Of a stretch of DNA of 64,000 bases, positions 22,438 through 30,528 are shown piece by piece; positions within the stretch are counted from its first letter, which is position 1, and each line of letters opens with the position of its first letter. Source of the stretch: an uncultured Lentisphaeraceae bacterium. Its GTDB lineage: Bacteria > Verrucomicrobiota > Kiritimatiellia > RFP12 > UBA1067. A program made the position numbers and the translations under genes. The stretch covers positions 1,084-65,083 of the forward strand of contig CAZOIS010000001.1 in assembly GCA_964579865.1 (NCBI GenBank), given 5' to 3'. A model generated the notes under the pieces. The model was given only the letters and a program-made list of their open reading frames with translations, did not search any database and was not told where the DNA came from.

Positions 22438-24621
22438 ATGCGTCGTAACGGTTATACCTTGATGGAAACCATGTTCGCGGTCGGCATCTTCGCGCTGGTG
22501 ATCGGGATGTCGCTGGGGACATGGCTGCTTTTCATGTACAAATCGAACCGCGTGAGCACGCAGGCGTCGCTGGACATGGATGTCCGCTCGGTTGTCGAAC
22601 GCTTCCGCTCGGAGATCCGCAACACGGCCCGCGAGACCATCATCTTCTATCCCGAACAGAAGGAGCCCTATGAGGCGGTGGGATTCGCCTTGGCCGGCGA
22701 TCAGGACAGCGACGGGCTCATGGACATGGATGCGGGCGGATCGAACATCCTGTGGCGCCAGACGGTGGTGTACCATGTCTGGAACCATTCTCCCCATCAG
22801 ATGCGGCGGACGCTTTTCTCCAACCGCAACCAGGAGGCCTCGTATGCCGACCGGTACAACCAGATCGCGTCGGTGGTGACCTCCGGCGAAGGCGAGGGCT
22901 CCTGCCTCTCCGGCGAGAGCGCGAAAACCATGGTGCTGTTCTCAAACCTTTTCACGGGCCGGCTGTGGCACGCGGAGGCCAAGTTCGACGGCTACGCGCC
23001 GGTGGCGAACACGCGCGACCGTGTCTCTTTCGGAAGCTTGGCCCTGGGGCCGGGCGCGCATGCCGTCAACTTCACGATCACCGGCAAGAACCCCAACTCG
23101 ACCGGCCGCGCGCTCCGGCTGGATCAGGTCACCGCCAGCGTGGCCGGCTGGCCGATGGAGGCCGAGCTGTGCACCGCGGCCGGGGTCGCCACGGCCCCCG
23201 CGTTCGTCGGCCAGGGACTGGCCTCCGCCGCTTACGGGGTGAAGGGCGCGGCCTCCACGGACGGCGACCGGCTTTCGCTCACGGTCTACAACGATGCCAT
23301 CGAGGAGTGCGTCTTCGTCGGGGAAGGCCGCAACGTGACCTTCTCGAACACGGTGGTCCGGCTCGACGCCACCAATGCGCCTTCCGGTTTTGAGGATGGC
23401 GTGTACGTCGCCAAGCTCGACGGCCAGTTTGAGCTGGCCTGGCGGTCGCGGCGTCAGGCAGTCGGTTCGTTGACGCCGGTATCTTACGAGAACGAGTTCG
23501 TTACCAGCGACCTGCGCTTCGTACCGGGGACCAACTGCGCAGTCCGCATCCCGGTGCTTGGACAATTTGTGGATCGGGACGGTTTCGGCCCGATCTTCCG
23601 CATGCACTACTCGGGTTTCGTGACCCCGAACCGCTTCAAAGTCTGGGATCCCGCCTTTGCTCCGACCGAGACCACCAACAGCCCCAGCCTCAGCGTGCCG
23701 CTCACGCCGCTCCGGATTTATCAGAACGGGGTCCTGAAGGCGAAATGGGAAGACTGCACGGCCGGGTATGTCGATTTGCGGCCCGAAAAACTGGTGCCGG
23801 TCTACGCGGGCCAGAGCTTCATCCTTTCGTTCTGGCTGACCGTCGACACCCCCGCTAACGACATGATCCGGGCGATGCAGATCCCGGACGCGTCAACGTG
23901 GTGCTGCTGGATGGTGAAAGGCGGCGATGCGGGGACCGCGGCCGCGCAGGATTGGTCCGGCTACAGCGTGGAGCCGCTGCGCGCGAAAGACGCGTTCACC
24001 GGCAACGTCAAACTCTGCGTTCCCGGGCTGGTCTGCATGGCGGTCAACTATGCGGAAGGCGGCGACTACGTCTCGCACGTGTTCGACACGAAGAGCGAGG
24101 CCGGTGCGGCCAAGACCATCCTGTGGGAGGCCGACGTGCCGGCCAACGCGACGCTGAAGATGTACGCGCGCGGCGGCAACGCGCTGACGGAAGACGGGTT
24201 CGGGATTTCCGACGCCTCGGCCTGGGAGAATGTGGCGGAGGTCTCGAGCGGCAGTGGGTTTTCGGGTAACACGGGCCGGTATGTCCAGTTCCGGTCCGTG
24301 TTCACGGCGCAGCCGGCCAGTTTATATCCGGTCGCAGGCAGCGGTCTCGGCAGCGCGGGCCCTTATCGGAGCAACACGCCGCGGCTCCGCCGCGTGCTCT
24401 TCACGTGGGACGGCGAGGAGAAGTATGTGGACGTGGCGGCGCAATTGCTGAAATCGCCTGATTGTGGTATCTTCAAGGTGGATGTTGACGGACGCGATCT
24501 GGTGCAGGGCGTCACGATGGAAATCGAGATCTTTAAGGATGTAAGAACCCAAGGTGCCGCGAAAGAGCGGTTGCGGTCGGCCATGACGGCCGAGGTCGAG
24601 CCGCGCAACAGCGGCAAGTAG
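22438..24621 (+). CDS. very large prepilin-type pseudopilin (727 aa)
   Basis: ATG 22438 lies 2 nt after the preceding stop. MRRNG|YTLMETMFAVGIFALVIGMSLG has the class III signal with Glu+5, followed by about 690 aa of globular sequence with no family I recognise. Confidence 0.85.
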   Translation: MRRNGYTLMETMFAVGIFALVIGMSLGTWLLFMYKSNRVSTQASLDMDVRSVVERFRSEIRNTARETIIFYPEQKEPYEAVGFALAGDQDSDGLMDMDAGGSNILWRQTVVYHVWNHSPHQMRRTLFSNRNQEASYADRYNQIASVVTSGEGEGSCLSGESAKTMVLFSNLFTGRLWHAEAKFDGYAPVANTRDRVSFGSLALGPGAHAVNFTITGKNPNSTGRALRLDQVTASVAGWPMEAELCTAAGVATAPAFVGQGLASAAYGVKGAASTDGDRLSLTVYNDAIEECVFVGEGRNVTFSNTVVRLDATNAPSGFEDGVYVAKLDGQFELAWRSRRQAVGSLTPVSYENEFVTSDLRFVPGTNCAVRIPVLGQFVDRDGFGPIFRMHYSGFVTPNRFKVWDPAFAPTETTNSPSLSVPLTPLRIYQNGVLKAKWEDCTAGYVDLRPEKLVPVYAGQSFILSFWLTVDTPANDMIRAMQIPDASTWCCWMVKGGDAGTAAAQDWSGYSVEPLRAKDAFTGNVKLCVPGLVCMAVNYAEGGDYVSHVFDTKSEAGAAKTILWEADVPANATLKMYARGGNALTEDGFGISDASAWENVAEVSSGSGFSGNTGRYVQFRSVFTAQPASLYPVAGSGLGSAGPYRSNTPRLRRVLFTWDGEEKYVDVAAQLLKSPDCGIFKVDVDGRDLVQGVTMEIEIFKDVRTQGAAKERLRSAMTAEVEPRNSGK

Positions 24622-24670
24622 AGCCGGGTCAGTCCGTGACGGGTCCGCCCCGGACGAAAGGAAGGTGCGT

Positions 24671-25762
24671 ATGAAACGGAAACGTGAAGAAGGATCGGCC
24701 ATTCTGGTCGTCCTCGGAATCATCGCGGTGGTCAGCATCGCGATCGGCATGCTGGATTTTTCCGCATCGCAGCAGATGCGCTCCGCCCAGATCACGCGCG
24801 AGATGCTGAAGGCGCGGCTGATCGCGGAGTCGGGTCTGAACAAGGCCTATAATGTGGTCAAAAAAGACTTCTCTAAGGTTTCGGCGGGCTATACCGACGC
24901 GGCGTCCTTCGGCGACGGCACGTATGCGGTGAAGACGCTGCAAACGGCGGGCAACGCGAACCGTGCTCAGCTCGTGTCCGAAGGCAAGTGCGGCCTCGGC
25001 AAGGCGGTGGTGTCGGTGGATCTCGAGAACCGGCCGATCACGACTTCGGACGGCGATACGGCCGACGACTACTTCGACCTGCTGTTCGACCTGCTGGTGG
25101 GCGGAACGCTGGACCTGAAAGGGAACTTCAAGGCGAACGTTACGGATATCCACGCCAACGGCAACGCGACCATCTCGGGCAGCGCCGAAACGGACGCGAA
25201 GACCGTCTCGAGCGGCGGCACGGTGACGTGGAAGAAGCCGAACGGGACCGTCACGCTGTTGTCCAACCAGTCCTCGGTGGAGATCCTGTCCGACGCGCTG
25301 GTCGCGGCCATCAACCAGTTCATCGAATATGCGGCGGAAAACGACGCGGTCTACGGCAGCGGGTCCGACATCCCGTCGTCGCCGCCCGGCGGCGTGGCCT
25401 ACTGCACGGGCGATGCTTCGGGGTGGAGCCGAGCGGGCTCCGGCTGTTTCATTTTCGCGGGCGACGCCTCCTTCCAGGGGAATGCGGTGAACGTCTCGTC
25501 GGTGGACGGCTATCCCGCGATCATCGTCCTGGGGTCGGGCGAAGTGAAGTTCAACTCGGGCACGGAGATCCACGGCGCGATTCTCGTTCCCAACGGGAGC
25601 GTCCGGCTGAACGGCCACGCGGCCATCTACGGCGCGATCCTGGTGGGCCAGGGGATGACCGGCAACGGCACGGCGGACCTCTACGCCGGAGACGGCCAGG
25701 GGTTCAATCTGCCGCCGGATGAAACCACGACCGACAACGTGGTCGTCACGGCGTGGCACTAG
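24671..25762 (+). CDS. PilX/GspK-like minor-pilin-family protein with beta-helix-like C-terminal half
   Basis: AGGAAGG 6 nt upstream of ATG 24671 (the track starts at GTG 24665). KREEGSAILVVLGIIAVVSIAIGML N-terminus is PilX_N-like (no Glu+5). C-terminal IHGAILVPNGSVRLNGHAAIYGAILVGQGMTGNG repeats. Confidence 0.8.
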   Translation: MKRKREEGSAILVVLGIIAVVSIAIGMLDFSASQQMRSAQITREMLKARLIAESGLNKAYNVVKKDFSKVSAGYTDAASFGDGTYAVKTLQTAGNANRAQLVSEGKCGLGKAVVSVDLENRPITTSDGDTADDYFDLLFDLLVGGTLDLKGNFKANVTDIHANGNATISGSAETDAKTVSSGGTVTWKKPNGTVTLLSNQSSVEILSDALVAAINQFIEYAAENDAVYGSGSDIPSSPPGGVAYCTGDASGWSRAGSGCFIFAGDASFQGNAVNVSSVDGYPAIIVLGSGEVKFNSGTEIHGAILVPNGSVRLNGHAAIYGAILVGQGMTGNGTADLYAGDGQGFNLPPDETTTDNVVVTAWH

Positions 25763-25854
25763 TGCCAGACCCGAGGACGGCAGGACGGGTTTATTTTTAA
25801 GAGTGATCTCGCCGAACGGGTTCCGGGTACGAAGGGAGCGGACATTTTTTGAAC

Positions 25855-25948
25855 GATTAAGATTAGGATTACGATTACGAAGGTTGCGAATGAACCCTCT
25901 TGATCTTAATCTTAATCCTAATCCTAATCCTAATCCTAATCCTAATCC
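25855..25948. repeat. inverted GATTA[ACG] hexamer arrays (locus A): 4 units, 16-nt spacer, 8 complementary units incl. (CCTAAT)5
   Basis: GATTAA GATTAG GATTAC GATTAC GAAG - gttgcgaatgaaccct - CTTGAT CTTAAT CTTAAT CCTAAT x5 CC. AT-rich island in GC-rich DNA. Confidence 0.9.
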
Positions 25949-25968
25949 GGTTCACGTGGCCGGCAAGA

Positions 25969-25984
25969 GGGGGGGGGGCGGGGG
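25969..25984 (+). repeat. homopolymeric G10-C-G5 tract immediately upstream of ATG 25988
   Basis: gaGGGGGGGGGGcGGGGGaccATG: 15 of 16 bases are G, covering the Shine-Dalgarno position. Confidence 0.9.
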
Positions 25985-25987
25985 ACC

Positions 25988-27127
25988 ATGGCGTACACGA
26001 AAATTCCGGTGAACGATGCGGTTCTGCTGGTCCGGGCGCTGGGACTGCTGGTGAGCCAGGCGGGGATTTACGGCCCTTCGCACAAGGTCACGCAGAGCGC
26101 GGCGAAGACGGTGTTCGCCGAACTCGAACAGGCGGTCAGGAAGTACGGGCCGGTCGAAATCGCGCTCAAGGACAAGCGGGTGCTGCTGAACGGCTCCATC
26201 GACGGGCTGGATGTCGCTGCGGGCAAGAATCTGGTGGACCGCATGAATCTGCACAAGATCGGGGGGATGATTTTTCTTTCGCCGCCCGATCTGAACGAGT
26301 TTCTGACGTGCATCACCCTGTTCGGTACGCCGCCGGCGACCTTGGCGGCCCAAGGCGGTTTCGAAGAAGCCTTGAAAAAGGCCGGGCTGCGCAGCGTGCA
26401 GGTCGTTACGGTGGCGTATCAGCGCGTGGCCGAGCAAGAGGCTGCGATGCCGCCTGCGACGCCGCCGGCCGAGCCGTCCGAAAGGCCGGCTCCGCGCCGG
26501 TCCGCGCCGGATTCCGGCATCCTGGATCTTTCCGCCGCGTGGGAGCGCGACTTCGGGATGAAGAGTGCGGAGCCGGAGCCCCCGCCGTCCGAGACGCCGC
26601 CGCGGTCGGCGCGACAGGAACGGGCCGCGACGCTGGCGGCACTCTTGCGCGATACGGCCGCGTTGCTGGAGCAGGAAGGGGCTTTGTCCGACGAGGCGCA
26701 ACACCAGAAGGTGCTCTCGGCGATCACCCGCATCCGCGACACGCTGATCAAGTCGACCGCCGAGTCCGAGCGTCAGATCGCGTCCTTGGCGGATCAGGTG
26801 GATGACGACCGTCAGACCATCGCCAGCATCGAGTCTGCGGCCAAACGGCGGGGCATCGGGCTCAAGATTTCGCGCGCCGAACTGGTCGAGCGGTACGCCG
26901 AGCTGAACCAAGAGATCGTGCAGCCGCTCACCGTCTCCACGGGCGTGATCGATCTGCTGCATTCGGGCAAGGGCGGGCCGCTGACGGAATCGCAGCGGGA
27001 TCTGCTGAAACTCGCCTCCGACAGCGTGGAGCGCGTCAACCAGCTGGTGGCCTACATGAGCCGCATTGCGGGCCTGCCCGAGAGCTTCACGCCGGACAGC
27101 GCCATCATCTCCGATTCGTACCGGTGA
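25988..27127 (+). CDS. hypothetical signalling protein: unknown N-domain, acidic/Pro-rich linker, coiled coil and degenerate DHp (HisKA-like) C-terminus without phospho-acceptor His or ATPase domain
   Basis: ATG 25988. C-terminus ELNQEIVQPLTVSTGVIDLLHSG..LTESQRDLLKLASDSVERVNQLVAYM follows the HisKA pattern (H-E-L-R-x-P-L... L-x-x-x-Q-x-x-x-L), but the H-box His position is N/Q. Confidence 0.75.
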   Translation: MAYTKIPVNDAVLLVRALGLLVSQAGIYGPSHKVTQSAAKTVFAELEQAVRKYGPVEIALKDKRVLLNGSIDGLDVAAGKNLVDRMNLHKIGGMIFLSPPDLNEFLTCITLFGTPPATLAAQGGFEEALKKAGLRSVQVVTVAYQRVAEQEAAMPPATPPAEPSERPAPRRSAPDSGILDLSAAWERDFGMKSAEPEPPPSETPPRSARQERAATLAALLRDTAALLEQEGALSDEAQHQKVLSAITRIRDTLIKSTAESERQIASLADQVDDDRQTIASIESAAKRRGIGLKISRAELVERYAELNQEIVQPLTVSTGVIDLLHSGKGGPLTESQRDLLKLASDSVERVNQLVAYMSRIAGLPESFTPDSAIISDSYR

Positions 27128-27222
27128 ACGGGACGCCGTGAGATCGGCCCGTTTTTCGACGGTTCTCCATTTCCGTCCGCCTCTCGCCCGCGTCTCGTTC
27201 GTACGAACCTCCCCGCGATAAC

Positions 27223-27258
27223 AAAAAAACAGACGCCCCGTGACAGGGCGTCTGTTTT
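27223..27258. terminator. bidirectional rho-independent terminator between the DHp-like gene and the pilin gene
   Basis: AAAAAAA-CAGACGCCC-cgtgaca-GGGCGTCTG-TTTT: a 9-bp GC-rich stem flanked by an A-run and a T-run, between convergent stops (27127 and 27289). Confidence 0.8.
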
Positions 27259-27288
27259 CATGATACGAAAGCTGAACTTCGTCTACGC

Positions 27289-27645
27289 TCAGGGCAGAAC
27301 GTGCAAGTCAGGAGATGCGGACTTGCTGCACGTCACCGAAACGGGATCCGTCGCCGTCTCGTCCGTGATCGTGTAGCTTCCGCCGGCCGGGCACTTCGGC
27401 TCGGTCTTGAGGAAGCCTTTGCCGGTATCGTACAGCAGTGCAACCGTCGGCGCGGTGGTGTTGCCGGCCAGCTTGTACTGCTCGATCGCGCCCACGATCT
27501 GCTTCATGTTCGCGATGCAGGAGTTCTTCTGCGACTCACGGCGGGACTTGACGAAGTTCGGGATGGCGATGGCGGCCAAGATGCCGATAATCGCGACCAC
27601 GATCATGATCTCAACCAGCGTGAAACCTTTGCGATTCATCTTCAT
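27289..27645 (-). CDS. major pilin / GspG-like type IV pilin (118 aa)
   Basis: MKMNRKG|FTLVEIMIVVAIIGILAAIAIPNF is a canonical class III signal and alpha1 helix. AAGGAAG 7 nt upstream of the ATG. Has its own sigma54 box and a strong terminator. Confidence 0.9.
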   Translation of the reverse strand: MKMNRKGFTLVEIMIVVAIIGILAAIAIPNFVKSRRESQKNSCIANMKQIVGAIEQYKLAGNTTAPTVALLYDTGKGFLKTEPKCPAGGSYTITDETATDPVSVTCSKSASPDLHVLP

Positions 27646-27711
27646 GAGTTACTTCCTTCATTCGGGGTTAACCAGCAACCGGCATCCTCTGTCGGTTCGC
27701 GGTTTCTATTT

Positions 27712-27727
27712 AGCAGGCCGCGTGCCA
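27712..27727 (-). promoter_or_regulatory. sigma54 -24/-12 promoter (TGGCAC-GCGGC-CTGCT) of the major pilin gene
   Basis: The reverse complement of 27712..27727 has canonical spacing. Lies about 67 nt upstream of ATG 27645, with an SD in between. An NtrC-type activator gene is adjacent. Confidence 0.65.
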
Positions 27728-27780
27728 AGATGGGCAGGGGTTGCGGCGGCGGGTGTAATTCAGCCTGAAAAGAGCAGAAG

Positions 27781-27849
27781 GATTAAGATTAGGATTAAGA
27801 TTACGAGTAAGAAGAGAAACGTTTATTCCTAATCGTAATCTACTTGAAG
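27781..27849. repeat. inverted GATTA[ACG] hexamer arrays (locus B), upstream of the pilin sigma54 promoter
   Basis: GATTAA GATTAG GATTAA GATTAC GAGTAA GAAG - agaaacgtttatt - CCTAAT CGTAAT CTACTT GAAG. Confidence 0.9.
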
Positions 27850-27857
27850 TGATCGGT
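27842..27857 (-). promoter_or_regulatory. conserved 16-mer ACCGATCACTTCAAGT (copy 1), contains the 9-bp palindrome ACTT-S-AAGT
   Basis: The minus-strand reading of 27842..27857 is identical to 59239..59254 on the plus strand. In both copies it directly precedes GATTAC hexamers and points toward the downstream gene. Confidence 0.4.
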
Positions 27858-27872
27858 AAGCCGGACCTGCCC

Positions 27873-27896
27873 AAAAGGCGCCTGCCGCGCCTTTTT
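27873..27896 (-). terminator. rho-independent terminator after the NtrC-type activator gene
   Basis: AAAAGGCGC-ctgcc-GCGCCTTTTT. On the minus strand the stem is followed by a U-run. Lies 42 nt downstream of the stop at 27938. Confidence 0.7.
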
Positions 27897-27937
27897 CTCA
27901 AAAATGACACGCATTTTTGCAAAAACGAAAAACCGGG

Positions 27938-29326
27938 TCAGTTTGCCGGGGTGTCCGCCGACTCGTCGGAGAGCTTCCGGTAGAGGGTGGCGAGGCTGAC
28001 TTGGAGGGTCTGGGCGGCCTTTTCCTTGTCGCCGTGCGTGGAGGTGAGGATCTGGTCGAGATACTCCTTCTCCTTGAGCTTGAGAAACCCCTTGAGCGAG
28101 GTGCTCCCCATCGTCGCGGACGCGGGGTGCTCCGCCTGTAGGGCCTTGGCCTCATTGGCGCGGCTGACGATGCGCGGCGGCAGGAGGTCGGGCGAGATCG
28201 TGTCGGACTGCAGGAACGTCACGGCGTGTTTGATGGCGTTTTCCAGTTCGCGCACGTTGCCGGGCCACTTATATGCCACCAGCACGTCGGCCGCCTCTTG
28301 GGAAAGTCCGGGCTGGGCCTTGAATCCGGCGGTCTCGGAGCGGATGAAATGGCGCGCGAGGGGCAGGATGTCTTCCGGGCGGTCGCGCAGCGCGGGGATG
28401 TCGAGCGTGATGACGGCAAAGCGGTAATAGAGGTCGGCCCGGAAAGTGCCTTGGGCCACCAGTTGCTCCAGGTTGGAGTTGCTGGCCGCGATCACGCGCA
28501 CGTCGACCGGGATGTTTTTGGTGCCGCCGACGCGCCGGATTTCCTTTTCCTGCAAAACGCGCAGGAGCTTGCCCTGCAGCAGGAGCGGGAGGGAAGAGAT
28601 TTCGTCCAGAAAGAGCGTGCCGTTGTTGGCGGTTTCGAAAAGCCCCTCTTTTTCGGCCACGGCACCGGTGAAAGCGCCTTTGACGTGGCCGAACATCTCG
28701 GATTCGAGCAGGTTCTCGGGCAGCGCCGCGCAGTTCACCGCCACCCAGGGTTTTTCCTTGCGGGGGCTGGTGTTGTGGATGGTGCGGGCGATGACCTCCT
28801 TGCCGGTGCCGCTCTCGCCGTTGATGAGGACCGTGGCGGCGGTGGGGCCGACGCGCTGGATCATATCGCACACCTGCAGCATGGTGCTGTTGGTGGCGAT
28901 GAGGTTCTCGAACTGGTAGCGGAGCGGGGCGTTGGGATCCGTGGAAATGACGGCGGCGCGGCTCTTGACGTGCTCTTCCGCGCGCTTGACGGTGGCAAGC
29001 ATCTCGTCGACTTTGAACGGCTTGGTGAGATAGTCGAAGGCCCCGTTCTTCATGGCGTCGATGGCGGTTTCGACCGAGGCATAGGCCGTCAGCAGGATGA
29101 CCGGCAAATCGGGATGCAGCGTTTTGATCTCACGGAAAAGCGTCATGCCGTCCATCGGCGCCATGCGCAGGTCGGTAATGACCAGGTCGAAGGCGTCCTT
29201 CTTGATAAGATCGAGCGCGGCATTCCCGTCTTTGGCCGTCACGGTTTCGTACCCGTTGGCCTTCAGCAGGCTCTGAAGCAGGAGCAGAATGCGCGCTTCA
29301 TCATCTACGATCAGGATTTTAGACAT
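27938..29326 (-). CDS. sigma54-dependent response regulator (NtrC family, PilR-like): REC + AAA+ + Fis-type HTH
   Basis: REC (ILIVDDE...DLVITDLRMAPMDG...KP), Walker A GESGTGKEV, GAFTGA loop (GHVKGAFTGA), C-terminal HTH AAQTLQVSLATLYRKL. Confidence 0.9.
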   Translation of the reverse strand: MSKILIVDDEARILLLLQSLLKANGYETVTAKDGNAALDLIKKDAFDLVITDLRMAPMDGMTLFREIKTLHPDLPVILLTAYASVETAIDAMKNGAFDYLTKPFKVDEMLATVKRAEEHVKSRAAVISTDPNAPLRYQFENLIATNSTMLQVCDMIQRVGPTAATVLINGESGTGKEVIARTIHNTSPRKEKPWVAVNCAALPENLLESEMFGHVKGAFTGAVAEKEGLFETANNGTLFLDEISSLPLLLQGKLLRVLQEKEIRRVGGTKNIPVDVRVIAASNSNLEQLVAQGTFRADLYYRFAVITLDIPALRDRPEDILPLARHFIRSETAGFKAQPGLSQEAADVLVAYKWPGNVRELENAIKHAVTFLQSDTISPDLLPPRIVSRANEAKALQAEHPASATMGSTSLKGFLKLKEKEYLDQILTSTHGDKEKAAQTLQVSLATLYRKLSDESADTPAN

Positions 29327-29418
29327 GACAGACAGTTCCGGTTCCGGTCAAGGTTGCCGAGTTATTAGGCCCCCAGTATGCCGGAAACCGGATCAGAAGA
29401 CAATCCCCGAGATGAGGG

Positions 29419-30507
29419 TCAATTGTTGACGACCGTGCCGAGCTTGAAGATGGGCAAATACATCGCGACCACGATGCTGCCGATGATGACGCCGAGGAAC
29501 ACCATGAGCAGCGGCTCCATCAGGGACGTCAGCGAGGACAGCGTGGTTTCCACCTCGTCGTCGTACGTGTCCGCCACGCTTTCGAGCATTTCGTCGATGC
29601 GGCCGCTCTTTTCGCCGGCCGCAATCATGCGGATCATGAGGATCGGCAGGCAGGGCTTCCCTTCCAGCGAAGAGCTGAGCGTGTTACCCTGCTCGATGCC
29701 GCTGCGCGCCGAGAGGATGGCACCTTCGATGACCTTGTTGCCCATGGACTGGGCGACGACCATCATGGCGTCCAGGATCGGCACGCCGCTGGACAGCATC
29801 TGCGCGAACAGGCGGCAGAAACGGGCGACGGAGACCTTCTGGGTCAGTTCGCCGAAAATGGGCAGTTTGAGCATGAACTGGTCGTATTTGTAGCGCCCCG
29901 CCGGGGTGGCGCGCCATTTCTTGAAACTGATGACGCCGGCGATGGCGCCGGCCAGCAGGAGATACCAGTAACTCCGGATGAAGTCGCTGATGTTCACCAG
30001 GAACTGGGTGGGGCCCGGAAGCGCCGAGCCGAAGTCCGCGAACATGGCCGCGAAGACCGGCACCACGAAGGTGATCAGGCCGCCGGCGATGAGCATGGCC
30101 ATCGAGAGGACCACCGTGGGGTAGGTCATGGCGGACTTGACCTTGCGCAGCAGCCGGGCGGAGGAGTCGAGCATGACGGCCAACCGCTTGAGCACGGGCG
30201 CGAACTGGCCGCTTTTCTCGCCGGCCGCGACCATGTTGACGTACATGTCGTCGAAGATCTGCGGGAAGTGGCGCAGGCCGTCGGAGAACGGCATGCCGCT
30301 TTCGATGTTCTCCCGCAAGAGCTTGAGCACGGTCTTGAAGCCGGCGTGCGCGCACTGGTCCTCCAGCGTCGACACGGCGGAGAGGATGGACATGCCCGCG
30401 TTCAGCATGCTGGCGGTCTGCCGCGTGAAGGGGATCAGCTCGCGTTTTTGGATCTGCTTGACGCCGCTGACGCGGACCTGGGCGACTTTGAGTTTCGGTT
30501 CTGACAT
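29419..30507 (-). CDS. pilC: type IV pilus / T2SS platform protein (GspF/PilC family)
   Basis: 362 aa with two T2SSF repeats (FTRQTASMLNAGMSILSAVSTLEDQ...; FCRLFAQMLSSGVPILDAMMVVAQS...) and three TM segments. Lies 21 nt downstream of pilB. Confidence 0.85.
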   Translation of the reverse strand: MSEPKLKVAQVRVSGVKQIQKRELIPFTRQTASMLNAGMSILSAVSTLEDQCAHAGFKTVLKLLRENIESGMPFSDGLRHFPQIFDDMYVNMVAAGEKSGQFAPVLKRLAVMLDSSARLLRKVKSAMTYPTVVLSMAMLIAGGLITFVVPVFAAMFADFGSALPGPTQFLVNISDFIRSYWYLLLAGAIAGVISFKKWRATPAGRYKYDQFMLKLPIFGELTQKVSVARFCRLFAQMLSSGVPILDAMMVVAQSMGNKVIEGAILSARSGIEQGNTLSSSLEGKPCLPILMIRMIAAGEKSGRIDEMLESVADTYDDEVETTLSSLTSLMEPLLMVFLGVIIGSIVVAMYLPIFKLGTVVNN

Positions 30508-30528
30508 GAGAAAACCCTTTCGTGCGGA

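Noticed and set aside
25855-25948. Hexamer arrays as a CRISPR array
   Set aside because: The repeat period is 6 nt with no unique spacers, total length is under 100 nt, and no cas genes are present. This is not CRISPR.
25899-25948. (CCTAAT)n as a telomere-like repeat or eukaryotic contamination
   Set aside because: There are only five perfect units. They are embedded between bacterial genes with intact operon structure, and related degenerate arrays occur at three other intergenic sites in the same contig.
25900-26805. 301-aa ORF starting MILILILILILILILI, and the overlapping ORF containing NPNPNPNPNP
   Set aside because: These are translations of the hexamer array running into the out-of-frame 25988 gene. 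The real gene starts at ATG 25988 in another frame.
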